A stretch of 64,000 nt of DNA from an uncultured Pseudomonadota bacterium. GTDB taxonomy: Bacteria > Myxococcota_A > Polyangia > Fen-1088. Positions 1 through 9,508 of the stretch are shown here, in pieces. How positions within the stretch are numbered: position 1 is the stretch's first letter; every line of letters begins with the position of its first letter. The notes beneath the pieces were generated by a model. The model was not told the DNA's origin and searched no databases. It saw only the letters and a program-made list of their open reading frames with translations. The position numbers and the translations under genes were made by a program. Where the stretch lies: assembly GCA_963847705.1 (NCBI GenBank), contig CAWKBC010000027.1, positions 384,001 to 448,000 of the forward strand, read 5' to 3'.

Positions 1-16
1 GCCGGCGTGGAGGCCC

Positions 17-1111
17 ATGCTTAGGTTGGTGCTTCGCTCGCCACCGTCACGGGCGCTGACGCTGGCGGCGCCCTTCGTGGCGCTGGCCCTGACCGTGCTC
101 TTCGGCGCGGTCCTCTTCCTGGCCCTCGGCCATCCGCCCGGGCAGGCGCTGGCGCTGTTCTTCCTCGAGCCGCTGCGCGGCGCTGATGCCTGGAGCGAGC
201 TGGCGGTCAAGGCGACGCCGCTCGCGCTGGTGGCGCTGGGGCTGGCCATCTGTTTCCGGGCCAACGTCTGGAACATCGGCGCCGAAGGGCAATTCATCGT
301 CGGGGCGTTGGGGGCGACGGCGGTGGCGATGCGGGCGCATGAAGGAACGCACGCCGCGGTCATCTTGCCCGCCATCGCGCTGGCCGGGATCGCGGCGGGC
401 GCGGCCTGGGCGGCGGTGGTGGCGTTCCTGCGCGATCGCTGGAACGCCAACGAGATCCTGGTGAGCCTGATGCTGGTCTACGTGGCCGACATGCTCCTCG
501 GGTATCTGACCTACGGCCCCTGGAAGGATCCCGACGGCTACAACTTTCCACAGACGATCAGCTTCCTGCCCGTCACGCAGGTCCCGCTGCTGGCCGAGGG
601 GCACCGCGCCCACGTCGGTCTGTTCGTGGCGTTGTTGGTGGCGCTGGTGGCCTGGCTCTTCCTGTTTCGAACCTATGGCGGCTTCCAGCTGACGGTGGGC
701 GGTCAGGCGCCGCGGGCGGCGCGGTACGCCGGCTTCTCGGCGCGCCGCTCGCTCTGGACCGCTCTCCTCTGTTCGGGCGGCCTGGCCGGGTTGGCCGGCG
801 CGCTGGAGGTGACCGGCCCGCTCGGGCAGCTGACGCCGCACCTGCCGGTCGGCTACGGGTTCACGGGGATCATCGTGGCGTTCGTCGGGCGCCTGCACCC
901 GCTCGGCATCCTGCTCTCGTCGATCCTGATGAGCATGCTCTACATCGGCGGCGAGCTGGCGCAGTCGCGCCTCGGCCTGCCGCAGGCGCTCTCGGGCGTG
1001 TTTCAGGGGCTCTTGCTGTTCACGCTGCTCGCCTGCGACGCCCTGGCGAGCTACCGGGTGCTGCGCGTGACGCCGCAATCTCGGGGCGAGAAAACGGTGG
1101 TGGCGGCCTAG
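17..1111 (+). CDS. Nucleoside/purine ABC transporter permease (BPD_transp_2 family)
   Basis: GGAGG at 9-13 before the ATG; hydrophobic protein with WNIGAEGQ and GYGFTGIIVA motifs; adjacent to a second permease and a BMP-family binding protein. Confidence 0.92.
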   Translation: MLRLVLRSPPSRALTLAAPFVALALTVLFGAVLFLALGHPPGQALALFFLEPLRGADAWSELAVKATPLALVALGLAICFRANVWNIGAEGQFIVGALGATAVAMRAHEGTHAAVILPAIALAGIAAGAAWAAVVAFLRDRWNANEILVSLMLVYVADMLLGYLTYGPWKDPDGYNFPQTISFLPVTQVPLLAEGHRAHVGLFVALLVALVAWLFLFRTYGGFQLTVGGQAPRAARYAGFSARRSLWTALLCSGGLAGLAGALEVTGPLGQLTPHLPVGYGFTGIIVAFVGRLHPLGILLSSILMSMLYIGGELAQSRLGLPQALSGVFQGLLLFTLLACDALASYRVLRVTPQSRGEKTVVAA

Positions 1112-2037
1112 TGGGCGGTTTGGCGCTCATGCTGGCGGCCTCCGTCAACGCGGGGACGGTGCTGGCGCTGGCGGGCCTCGGCCTGCTGGTCAACGAACGG
1201 GCCGGCGTCCTGAACCTGGGCGCCGAGGGGATGATGCTGATGGGCGCGCTGGCCGGCTACGCGACGGCGCTGCACCTCTCGGGCGGGTGGATGTTCCTGG
1301 CCTATCTCGCCGCCGCGGGCGCGGGGGCGGCGATGGCGGCGCTGTTCGGCTGGCTGGCCATCGGGATCGGCACCAACCAGTACGCGACCGGGTTGGCGCT
1401 CAGCCTGTTCGGCGTCGGCTTCTCCGCCTTCGCCGGCGCGTCGTTCGTCGACAAGCAGCTCCCCGAGCGTGGCCGCGACGGGCTCCCCTGGCTGCGCGAT
1501 CTGCCGGTGGTGGGGCCGGCGCTGTTCGGCTACCACCCGCTCGTCTACGCGACCCTGCTCCTCGCCGCGGCGCTCGCCTGGTTCTTCTTCCGGTCGCGCG
1601 CGGGGCTCCTGCTTCGGGCCGTGGGCGAATCGCCCGAGTCGGCGCACGCGCTCGGGCACCGCGTGCGCGCGATCCGGTTGGCGGCGGTGATCTTCGGCGG
1701 GGCCATGTGCGGCCTGGCCGGGGCCTACGTCTCGCTCGCCTACACGCACCTGTGGGTCGAGAACCTGATCGCCGGTCGCGGGTGGATCGCGCTGGCGCTG
1801 ACCACCTTCGCGACCTGGCGGCCGGCGCGAATCATCCTCGGCGCCTACCTCTTCGGTGGGCTCACCATGTTGCAGTTCCACCTGCAGGAGCGGGGCGTCC
1901 AGATCGAGAGCCACCTCCTCGGCATGATCCCCTACCTCGCCACTGTCGTGGTGCTGGTGCTGATCTCGCGCCGCGCCGCCTGGATTCGCCACAACATGCC
2001 CGCCTCGCTGGGCCGCATCTTTCGACCGGGCACCTGA
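1111..2037 (+). CDS. Nucleoside/purine ABC transporter permease
   Basis: ERAGVLNLGAEGMML, GESPESAHALG and AGRGWIALAL motifs; GTG start overlaps the upstream TAG. Confidence 0.92.
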   Translation: MGGLALMLAASVNAGTVLALAGLGLLVNERAGVLNLGAEGMMLMGALAGYATALHLSGGWMFLAYLAAAGAGAAMAALFGWLAIGIGTNQYATGLALSLFGVGFSAFAGASFVDKQLPERGRDGLPWLRDLPVVGPALFGYHPLVYATLLLAAALAWFFFRSRAGLLLRAVGESPESAHALGHRVRAIRLAAVIFGGAMCGLAGAYVSLAYTHLWVENLIAGRGWIALALTTFATWRPARIILGAYLFGGLTMLQFHLQERGVQIESHLLGMIPYLATVVVLVLISRRAAWIRHNMPASLGRIFRPGT

Positions 2038-2091
2038 CGGAGCCGACCAATCAACGCACGTACAACCGCCGCGCAACCAGGAGACAACCGA

Positions 2092-3195
2092 ATGCACAAG
2101 CGACGTTCCCGACCTTCACTGTTCTTTGGTCTGCTGACTCTGACGCTCGCGCTTGCCGTCGTCGGGTACGGCGGCGCCGAGGCGGCCGGGCCGCTCAAGA
2201 TCGGGTTCGCCTACGTCGGCCCGGTCGGCGACGCCGGTTGGACCTTCGCGCACGACAAGGCCCGCAAGGCGGTGGAGGCGGAGTTCGGCCCCAAGGTCAC
2301 CACGATCTTCGTGGAGAACGTCCCCGAGGCGGCCGACGCCGAGCGGGTGCTGCGCGACATGGTCAAGCAGGGCTGCGGCCTCATCTTCGGCACGACCTTC
2401 GGCTACATGGGGCCGATGTTGAAGGTGGCGGCGACGGCGCCGACCGTGAAGTTCGAGCACGCCACGGGATACAAGACCGCGCCCAACCTGAGCACCTATG
2501 ACTCGCGCACCTATGAGGGGGCCTACATGGCCGGCGTGATCGCGGGCGGGATGACCAAGACCAACACGCTCGGCGTGGTGGCGTCGATCCCCATCCCCGA
2601 GGTCATTCGCAACATCGACTCCTTCACCCTGGGCGCCCAGAGCGTCAACCCCAAGGTCACCACCCGGGTGGTCTGGGTCAACAAGTGGTTCGACCCGCCC
2701 AAGGAGAGCGAGGGGGCGCTGGCGCTCATGAACGACGGCGCCGACGTGCTGATGCAGAACACCGACTCGTCGGCGGTCCTGCAGGCGGCCGAGAAGGCCG
2801 GCAAGCACGCCTTCGGCTGGGACTCCGACATGGCCAAGTACGGCCCCAAGGCCCACCTGGGGTCGGCGGTGATCAACTGGGCGCCCTACTACAAGAAGTC
2901 GGTCAAGGACGTCCTCGACGGGACCTGGAAGTCCGGGCAGACCTGGTGGGGGGTCAAGGAAGGGGCGATCGATCTGGTCTCCGTCTCGCCGGCGGTGCCG
3001 GCGGCGCTCAAGAAGAAGCTCGAGACCGTCAAGGCCGGCCTCAAGAGCGGCACCTACGCGATCTGGAAGGGGCCGATCGTCGACCAGGACGGCAAGACCG
3101 TGCTCAAGGCGGGCGAGACGGCCGACGACAAGTTCCTGCACGGGATCAACTTCTACGTGACCGGCGTGCAGGGAAAGTTGCCCAGCTCCAAATAG
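2092..3195 (+). CDS. BMP/PnrA-family ABC substrate-binding protein (purine/nucleoside)
   Basis: Signal peptide; YVGPVGDAGWT, IFGTTFGY, FEHATGY and WFDPPKE motifs; AGGAG RBS. Confidence 0.93.
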   Translation: MHKRRSRPSLFFGLLTLTLALAVVGYGGAEAAGPLKIGFAYVGPVGDAGWTFAHDKARKAVEAEFGPKVTTIFVENVPEAADAERVLRDMVKQGCGLIFGTTFGYMGPMLKVAATAPTVKFEHATGYKTAPNLSTYDSRTYEGAYMAGVIAGGMTKTNTLGVVASIPIPEVIRNIDSFTLGAQSVNPKVTTRVVWVNKWFDPPKESEGALALMNDGADVLMQNTDSSAVLQAAEKAGKHAFGWDSDMAKYGPKAHLGSAVINWAPYYKKSVKDVLDGTWKSGQTWWGVKEGAIDLVSVSPAVPAALKKKLETVKAGLKSGTYAIWKGPIVDQDGKTVLKAGETADDKFLHGINFYVTGVQGKLPSSK

Positions 3196-3211
3196 CGGAC
3201 AGGATGACCTG

Positions 3212-4654
3212 GTGAACTCTGGCGACGCGCTCGACCGACACGCCGCGCGCGTGCGCCAGGAGCTGGAGCTCCTCGACTACCCGCGGCGGCCCTGGATGCC
3301 CAACCGGATGTCCAACCTGGGCGGCGCGGGCGGGGCGTCGGGTCAGGAGGTCGTCGACGTCCTGATCGTCGGCGCGGGGCAGGGCGGTCTGACGGCGGCG
3401 TTCGGCCTTTCGCGCGAGCGCGTCTCCAACCTGCTGGTCGTCGACGAGAACCCGCTCGACCGCGCCGGGCCCTGGCTCAACTTCGCGCGCATGCGCACGC
3501 TGCGCACGCCCAAGTACGTCACGGGGCCGGATCTTGGCGTCCCCAGCCTCACGCCACGCGCCTGGTACGAGGCGCAGCACGGCGCCGGCAGCTGGGAGGC
3601 GCTGGGGCTCATCCCCAAGGAGACCTGGGCGGCGTACCTGGCCTGGTACCGGCAGACGCTGGAGATTCCGGTGCGCCCAGATACGCGCGTGGGTGCGTTG
3701 CGCTGGAACGCGGCCGCGGCGGCCTGGGACGTGCCGGTCACCGACGCGCGCGGCGGCGGTGGCGGGGAGACGTTGCGCGCGCGGCGGGTCGTGCTGGCGA
3801 CGGGGATCGACGGGTCGGGGCAGTGGGAGATCCCCGCGATGATCCGCGACGGCCTGCCGCCGCGGCTCTACGCGCACACCCGCCAGGAGATCGACTTCGC
3901 GGCGCTGGCCGGCAAGCGCGTGGCGGTGCTGGGGGCGGGCGCCTCCGCCTTCGACAACGCCGCGACCGCGCTCGAGCGGGGCGCGGGCGAGGTGGTCCTC
4001 TGCTTTCGCCGCCCCAGCCTGGTCAACGTCAACGCCTACCGCTGGGCCGAGTTCGTGGGGTTCCTGCGCCACCTCGGCGATCTCCCCGACGTCGACAAGT
4101 GGCGCTTCATCCGGCAGATCGTGCGGATGGGACAGCTTCCTCCGGCAGACACGGTCAAGCGCGCCCGCGGGCACGCCGGCTTCCGGTTGCACGCGGGCTG
4201 CGCCTGGAGCGCCGTCGAGGCGCGCGGCGACACCGTCGTCATCCGCTCCGCCGGCGGCGAGACCCACGAGGTCGACTTCGTCATCGTCGGCACCGGCTTC
4301 GTCACCGATCTCGCCCGGCGGCCGGAGCTGCGCGAGGTGGAGCCGCACATCGCCCGCTGGTCGGATCGTTTTTCACCGCCTCCCGGAGAGGTCTCCGACG
4401 ATCTGCTGCGCCACCCGTACCTGGGCCCCGGGTTCGAGCACACCGAGAAGGTGCCGGGCGCGGCGCCCTACCTGAAGTACCTCTACAACTACACCTTCGG
4501 TGGCCTCTTGAGTCTGGGCTTCGGTGGCGCCAGCATCTCGGGGATGAAGTATTCAATCCCGCGCCTGGTGGGGGGCATCACCGGCTCGTTCTTCGTCGAG
4601 GATCGCGACACGCACTTCGACAGTCTGCGCACCTTCGCCGAGACGGAGTTCTAG
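3212..4654 (+). CDS. hpyO: FAD-dependent urate hydroxylase (HpyO-type flavin monooxygenase)
   Basis: Two Rossmann motifs (VGAGQGG, LGAGASA); ARMRTLRTPKxxxGPDLGVPSLTxRAWYEAQHG signature; lies among urate/allantoin genes. Confidence 0.8.
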   Translation: MNSGDALDRHAARVRQELELLDYPRRPWMPNRMSNLGGAGGASGQEVVDVLIVGAGQGGLTAAFGLSRERVSNLLVVDENPLDRAGPWLNFARMRTLRTPKYVTGPDLGVPSLTPRAWYEAQHGAGSWEALGLIPKETWAAYLAWYRQTLEIPVRPDTRVGALRWNAAAAAWDVPVTDARGGGGGETLRARRVVLATGIDGSGQWEIPAMIRDGLPPRLYAHTRQEIDFAALAGKRVAVLGAGASAFDNAATALERGAGEVVLCFRRPSLVNVNAYRWAEFVGFLRHLGDLPDVDKWRFIRQIVRMGQLPPADTVKRARGHAGFRLHAGCAWSAVEARGDTVVIRSAGGETHEVDFVIVGTGFVTDLARRPELREVEPHIARWSDRFSPPPGEVSDDLLRHPYLGPGFEHTEKVPGAAPYLKYLYNYTFGGLLSLGFGGASISGMKYSIPRLVGGITGSFFVEDRDTHFDSLRTFAETEF

Positions 4655-6072
4655 TGGCCCGCACCATCGGCGCGCGCGCCCACCTGGCCAAGCTGACCGC
4701 CCACCCGGGCCTCTGGGGGCTCCGCAGCCGGCGCATCGTCGGACCGGACGGGCGCATCCGTCCCGGCACCGTGCTGATCGAGGAGGGGCGCATCCGCGCG
4801 CTCGTCTCCCGGCCGGCGACCGCCACGGTGCCGCCGGACATCCCGGTGGAGGACCTCGGCACGCGGGTGATCGCGCCGGGGCTGGTCGACTGCCACGTCC
4901 ACGTCAACGAGCCGGGACGCACCGACTGGGAGGGGTTCGCCACCGCGACCCGGGCGGCGGCCGCGGGCGGCGTCACCACGCTGGTCGACATGCCGCTCAA
5001 CTGCCTCCCGGTCACCACGACGCGCGCCGCCCTCGAGGAGAAGCGGCGCGCCGCCAGCGGGCAGCTTCACGTCGACGTCGGTTTTTGGGGGGGCGTGATC
5101 CCGGGGAACGCGGGCGAGCTGGCCGAGCTCGCCGCGGGCGGCGCGCTCGGCTGCAAGGCCTTCCTCGTTCACTCGGGCATCGAAGAGTTTCCCAACGCCA
5201 CCGAGGCCGATCTGCGCGCGGCCATGCCGGTGCTGCGCGACGCGGGGCTGCCGCTCCTGGTGCACGCCGAGCTCGATCTGGGCGATGTCCCCGCAACTGG
5301 CGGTGAGGACCCGCGCGCCTATGCGGGCTACCTGCGCTCGCGGCCGGCCGCCTGGGAGGACGCGGCGATCGCGCTCCTCATCAAGCTCGCCCGCGAGACC
5401 GGTTGCGCCGTCCACGTCGTCCACCTCTCCTCGGCGGCCTCGGTGAACCAGATCGCCCGCGCGAAGGCCGACGGGCTGCACTTCACCGCAGAGACCTGCC
5501 CGCACTACCTCTGTCTCGAGGCGGAGTCGGTGCCCGACGGCGCGACCGAGTACAAGTGCGCGCCGCCGATCCGCGACCACGAGAATCGTGAGGCGCTGTG
5601 GCGGGGGCTGAAGGACGGCGTCATCGATTTCGTGGTGACCGATCACAGCCCCTGCACGCCGGCCCTGAAAGGGCGGGAGCGGGGAGACTTCGCGAAGGCC
5701 TGGGGCGGGATCGCCTCGCTGCAGCTGGGGTTGCCGGCGGTCTGGACGGAAGCGACCCGGCGCGGCCACAGCCTGAGCGACATCTCCGCCTGGATGAGCG
5801 CGCGTCCCGCGGCGCTGGCGGGGCTCGGGCGGCGCAAAGGGCAGATCGCCCCCGGCTTCGACGCCGATCTGGTGGTCTGGGATCCCGAGGCAGAGATCGA
5901 GGTCGACGCCGAGCATCTGCAGTTTCGCCACAAGGTCTCGCCTTATCTGGGGCAGCACCTCAAGGGGCGCGTCGAGGCGACGTTTCTCCGGGGCCGACTG
6001 GCCTACGACGGCAGCGGTCATCCCGCAGGCCCGGTGGGCGCGCCGATCCTGGGCCGGGACACCCGCGCATGA
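4654..6072 (+). CDS. allB: Allantoinase (amidohydrolase)
   Basis: PGLVDCHVHVNEPG, DMPLN, VHAE, HVVHLS, ETCPHYL, KCAPPIR and TDHSP motifs; GTG at 4654 overlaps the hpyO stop (the ORF-track start at 3823 is an overextension). Confidence 0.93.
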   Translation: MARTIGARAHLAKLTAHPGLWGLRSRRIVGPDGRIRPGTVLIEEGRIRALVSRPATATVPPDIPVEDLGTRVIAPGLVDCHVHVNEPGRTDWEGFATATRAAAAGGVTTLVDMPLNCLPVTTTRAALEEKRRAASGQLHVDVGFWGGVIPGNAGELAELAAGGALGCKAFLVHSGIEEFPNATEADLRAAMPVLRDAGLPLLVHAELDLGDVPATGGEDPRAYAGYLRSRPAAWEDAAIALLIKLARETGCAVHVVHLSSAASVNQIARAKADGLHFTAETCPHYLCLEAESVPDGATEYKCAPPIRDHENREALWRGLKDGVIDFVVTDHSPCTPALKGRERGDFAKAWGGIASLQLGLPAVWTEATRRGHSLSDISAWMSARPAALAGLGRRKGQIAPGFDADLVVWDPEAEIEVDAEHLQFRHKVSPYLGQHLKGRVEATFLRGRLAYDGSGHPAGPVGAPILGRDTRA

Positions 6073-7148
6073 GCTCCTCGTCCAGCTCGCCCGCCGCCAC
6101 GTTCTCCGGCCTGGTCGATCTGGCCGCCGCTGGGCTGGGCGGGCGGGCGCTCGGCGCCAGCGACGATTTCTTCGCCGGCGCGGACAATCTGCTGCAACCG
6201 GAGCGCGCGATCTTCATCGCGGGGAAATTCACCGAACGCGGCAAATGGATGGACGGCTGGGAGAGCCGGCGCCGGCGCACGAGCGGGCGCGAACTCGGCC
6301 ACGACTGGTGTGTCCTGGCGCTGGGCGCCCCGGGCGAGGTCGTCGGCTTCGACATCGACACCCAGCACTTCGTGGGGAACCACCCGCCCTTCGCCTCGGT
6401 CGAAGGTCTGTGGGCGCCCGACGCCGCGGAGGGGGCCGCCGCGCTGCTGGCGCACCCAGGCTGGGTCGCGTTGCTCGAGCAGTCCCCCCTGCGCCCCGAC
6501 GCGCAGAACCTGTTCGCGGCGCTCGGGCGTGGGCCGGTGAGCCACCTGCGGCTGAACATCTTCCCCGACGGCGGCGTGGCCCGCTTTCGCGCGTTCGGAC
6601 GGGTTCACCCGCGCTGGGATGCGGCGCCCGCGCTCGACGAGGAGACGCGCGCTCAGGTGGCCCCCGAGCTGCGCGATCTGGCGGCGCTGGCCAACGGTGG
6701 GCTGACGCTGGCCTGCTCCGACGCGCACTTCGGCCCGATGAACAACCTGCTCCTGCCGGGGCGCCCCGCCGACATGGGCGGCGGCTGGGAGACGCGGCGC
6801 CGGCGCGGCCCCGGATACGACTGGATCCTCGTCAAGCTGGGCGCGCGCGGCGCGCCCGCCGTCGTCGAGGTCGACACCCGGCACTTCAAGGGGAACTTTC
6901 CCGATCGCTGCTCGCTGGAGGCGATCGACGCGCCCGCCGGCGCGCGCATCACCGACCTGGTCGGCTCGGACGCCTGGCGGCCGCTGGTGCCGGAGGCGAA
7001 GTTGCGGGCCGACGCGCGTCACTTCTTCACGGTGGCGGGCGCGCGCTCGGCCGGTGGGGCGGACCCCTCGGTGACCCACGTGCGCCTCAACATCTTTCCC
7101 GACGGCGGCGTGGCGCGGCTGCGTGTCTGGGGGCGACCGGATGTCTGA
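6069..7148 (+). CDS. alc: Allantoicase
   Basis: Two repeats of (D/G)GWE(S/T)RRRR...GN(H/F)P...RLNIFPDGGVAR; ATGA overlap with allB. Confidence 0.95.
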   Translation: MSSSSSSPAATFSGLVDLAAAGLGGRALGASDDFFAGADNLLQPERAIFIAGKFTERGKWMDGWESRRRRTSGRELGHDWCVLALGAPGEVVGFDIDTQHFVGNHPPFASVEGLWAPDAAEGAAALLAHPGWVALLEQSPLRPDAQNLFAALGRGPVSHLRLNIFPDGGVARFRAFGRVHPRWDAAPALDEETRAQVAPELRDLAALANGGLTLACSDAHFGPMNNLLLPGRPADMGGGWETRRRRGPGYDWILVKLGARGAPAVVEVDTRHFKGNFPDRCSLEAIDAPAGARITDLVGSDAWRPLVPEAKLRADARHFFTVAGARSAGGADPSVTHVRLNIFPDGGVARLRVWGRPDV

Positions 7149-7635
7149 CCCCCACACGGCGCTCAACGCGCTGCCGGCCGACGAGGCCCGCGCCGCGCTG
7201 GCCCGCTGCTGCGGCTCGGCGCGCTGGGTCGCCGGCATGATGGCGCGGCGCCCCTGGGCGACGGCGGCCGCGCTCTTCGCCGACGCGGAGGCCACCTGGG
7301 CCGGGCTCGCGCGCGACGATGTTCTGGAGGCGTTCGCCCACCACCCGCGCATCGGCGCGCGCGCCGAGCAAACGGACGATGCCTGGGCACGCCAGGAGCA
7401 GGCGCGGGTCGCCGACGCCGACGGTGAAACGCGGCGCGCGCTGCTCGAGGCCAACGAGCAGTACCTGCAGCGCTTCGGCTACATCTTCATCGTGTGCGCC
7501 ACGGGGAAGAGCGCCGGCGAGATGCTGGGCCTGCTCGGGGCACGCCTGGGCAACGCTCCGGAGCGCGAGCTGGCGATCGCCGCCGGCGAACAGGCGCGCA
7601 TCACCCGATTGCGTCTGGAGAAGCTCGCCGCATGA
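7141..7635 (+). CDS. uraD: OHCU decarboxylase
   Basis: CCGSARWV, AFAHHPRIG, EQ and YLQRFGYIFIVCATGKS motifs. Confidence 0.93.
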   Translation: MSDPHTALNALPADEARAALARCCGSARWVAGMMARRPWATAAALFADAEATWAGLARDDVLEAFAHHPRIGARAEQTDDAWARQEQARVADADGETRRALLEANEQYLQRFGYIFIVCATGKSAGEMLGLLGARLGNAPERELAIAAGEQARITRLRLEKLAA

Positions 7636-7970
7636 ATTCACTCACCTCGCATGTCCTGGACGTCGCTCTCGGTCAGCCGGCGCGCGGCGTGACGCTGCGC
7701 CTGGAGGTGCTGGAAGGGACGAGCTGGCGATCCCTCGGCGCCGGCGTCACCGACGCCGACGGCCGCCCCGGCGACCTGCTGGCCGGCGCCCCGCTCCAGG
7801 CGCGCACCTACCGCCTGACGTTCGAGACCGGAGCCTACTTCGCCGCCACCGGGCGGCGCTCGTTCTACCCGCGGGTCGAGGTCACCTTCGACGTGGCGAC
7901 GCCGGCCGAGCATCATCACGTTCCGCTGCTCCTGTCGCCGTTCGGCTACTCGACCTACCGCGGGAGCTGA
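7632..7970 (+). CDS. uraH: 5-hydroxyisourate hydrolase (transthyretin-like)
   Basis: LTSHVLD...G.PA, TDADGR, HHHVPLLLSPFGYSTYRGS C-terminal signature; ATGA overlap. Confidence 0.96.
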   Translation: MNSLTSHVLDVALGQPARGVTLRLEVLEGTSWRSLGAGVTDADGRPGDLLAGAPLQARTYRLTFETGAYFAATGRRSFYPRVEVTFDVATPAEHHHVPLLLSPFGYSTYRGS

Positions 7971-7983
7971 GGAGAGCCATCCG

Positions 7984-9429
7984 ATGACAGCCGACAGCCA
8001 GGACGATTTCGGACCGCACCTCGCGGCGCTGGGGCAGGCGAACCGGGACTGGGCGCGCTTGTACCCAGGCGATCCGCCCGCCCGACAGCCGATCCACACG
8101 GTCTACGGCGGTGCCCACCTCTACAAGGCCGAGACCACGCGGCGGCTGGGCGAGCTGGCGCTGCGCCAGATCTCCCGCTACGCCCCCGACGCCGTGGCGC
8201 TCGCCCGCGGCGTCGGCTTCGTGCCCGCGGCGACGTTCGAGGCGCCGGGCGCGCCCGACGCTGCCGCGTGGCGCGCTGCCTTCGAAAGCGACGGGGCGGC
8301 TCTGCGCAAAGAGAGCCCGCAGGCCTGGCTCGCCTTCACGGTGCACGACCGCGTGCTCGCCAAGCTGCGCCGCGAGGCCGTCGAGGACTTCCGCATCGAC
8401 TTCGAGGACGGCTACGGCGCGCGCCCCGACGCCGACGAGGACGCCACCGCGGTGGCCGCCGCGGGCGAGGTGGCGCGCGGGCTCGTCGAGGGACTGCTGC
8501 CGCCGTTCATCGGCATCCGGATCAAGTCGTTCGGCGCCGAGTGGCAGGCGCGCGGGGCGCGCACGCTGGAGATCTTCGTCGATGCGCTGCTCACCGCGAC
8601 GGGCGGACGACTCCCCGACAACTTCGTCATCACGCTGCCCAAGGTCACCATCGCGGAGCAGCCGCGCACGCTGGTCCGGCTCTGCGAGCGCCTCGAAGCC
8701 CGCCACGGTCTGCCCGCCGGGGCCCTGCGGATCGAGCTGATGATCGAGACGACGCAGGCGCTGCTCGGGCCCGACGGCCGCTCGCCGCTGCCGGCGTTCC
8801 TGGAAGCCTGCGAGGGGCGCTGCCGGGGGGCGCACTTCGGGACCTACGATTTCACCGCGTCCTGCAACATCACCGCCGCCTACCAGAGCATGGACCACCC
8901 CTGGTGCGACCTCGCCAAGGGGATGATGATGCTGGCCTACGCCGGGACCGGCCTCTTCCTCAGCGACGGCGCCACCAACGTCATGCCGGTGGGACCGCAC
9001 CGCGGCGAGACGCTCACCGCCGACCAGGAGCAGCAGAACCGCGCCGTCGTCCACGCTGCATGGAGGCTGGCCCACCGGCACATCCGCCATTCGCTGGAGG
9101 GCGGCTTCTATCAGGGGTGGGATCTGCACCCGGGGCAGCTGCCGGTCCGCTACGCCACCTGCTTTGGGTTTTTTCTGGAGGGCTTCGCCGCGGCCGCCGA
9201 GCGGCTCCGCAACTTCGTCGAGAAGGCGGCCCAGGCCACCCTGGTCGGCGACGTCTTCGACGACGCAGCGACGGGGCAGGGGCTGCTCAACTACTTCCTG
9301 CGCGCGCTCAACTCGGGGGCCATCGAGCCGGGCGACCTCGGTCAGACCGGCCTCGAGGCCGACGAGGTGGCGCTGCGCTCGTTCGCCAAGATCCTGGCCG
9401 CGCGCCGCGCCCGGCTGCGGACCGGATGA
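7984..9429 (+). CDS. HpcH/HpaI aldolase / citrate lyase beta-like TIM-barrel enzyme (DUF6986-like)
   Basis: RQPIHTVYGGA, RIDFEDGYG, TLPKV, ELMIET, HFGTYD, LSDGATN and GFYQGWDLHP motifs; GAGGAG RBS. Confidence 0.75.
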   Translation: MTADSQDDFGPHLAALGQANRDWARLYPGDPPARQPIHTVYGGAHLYKAETTRRLGELALRQISRYAPDAVALARGVGFVPAATFEAPGAPDAAAWRAAFESDGAALRKESPQAWLAFTVHDRVLAKLRREAVEDFRIDFEDGYGARPDADEDATAVAAAGEVARGLVEGLLPPFIGIRIKSFGAEWQARGARTLEIFVDALLTATGGRLPDNFVITLPKVTIAEQPRTLVRLCERLEARHGLPAGALRIELMIETTQALLGPDGRSPLPAFLEACEGRCRGAHFGTYDFTASCNITAAYQSMDHPWCDLAKGMMMLAYAGTGLFLSDGATNVMPVGPHRGETLTADQEQQNRAVVHAAWRLAHRHIRHSLEGGFYQGWDLHPGQLPVRYATCFGFFLEGFAAAAERLRNFVEKAAQATLVGDVFDDAATGQGLLNYFLRALNSGAIEPGDLGQTGLEADEVALRSFAKILAARRARLRTG

Positions 9430-9508
9430 GTCGTCGAAATTTACACGATGTTCACGAGCCAGAAACGGCGGCGTCGCCAGTGATGTGCTCAGATTATGTC
9501 GAGGGACA

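Noticed and set aside
3823-7148. Long N-terminal extensions of allB and alc in the ORF track, suggesting fusions or overlapping genes
   Set aside because: True starts overlap the upstream stop codons (4654, 6069); the extensions are off-frame readings of the upstream genes
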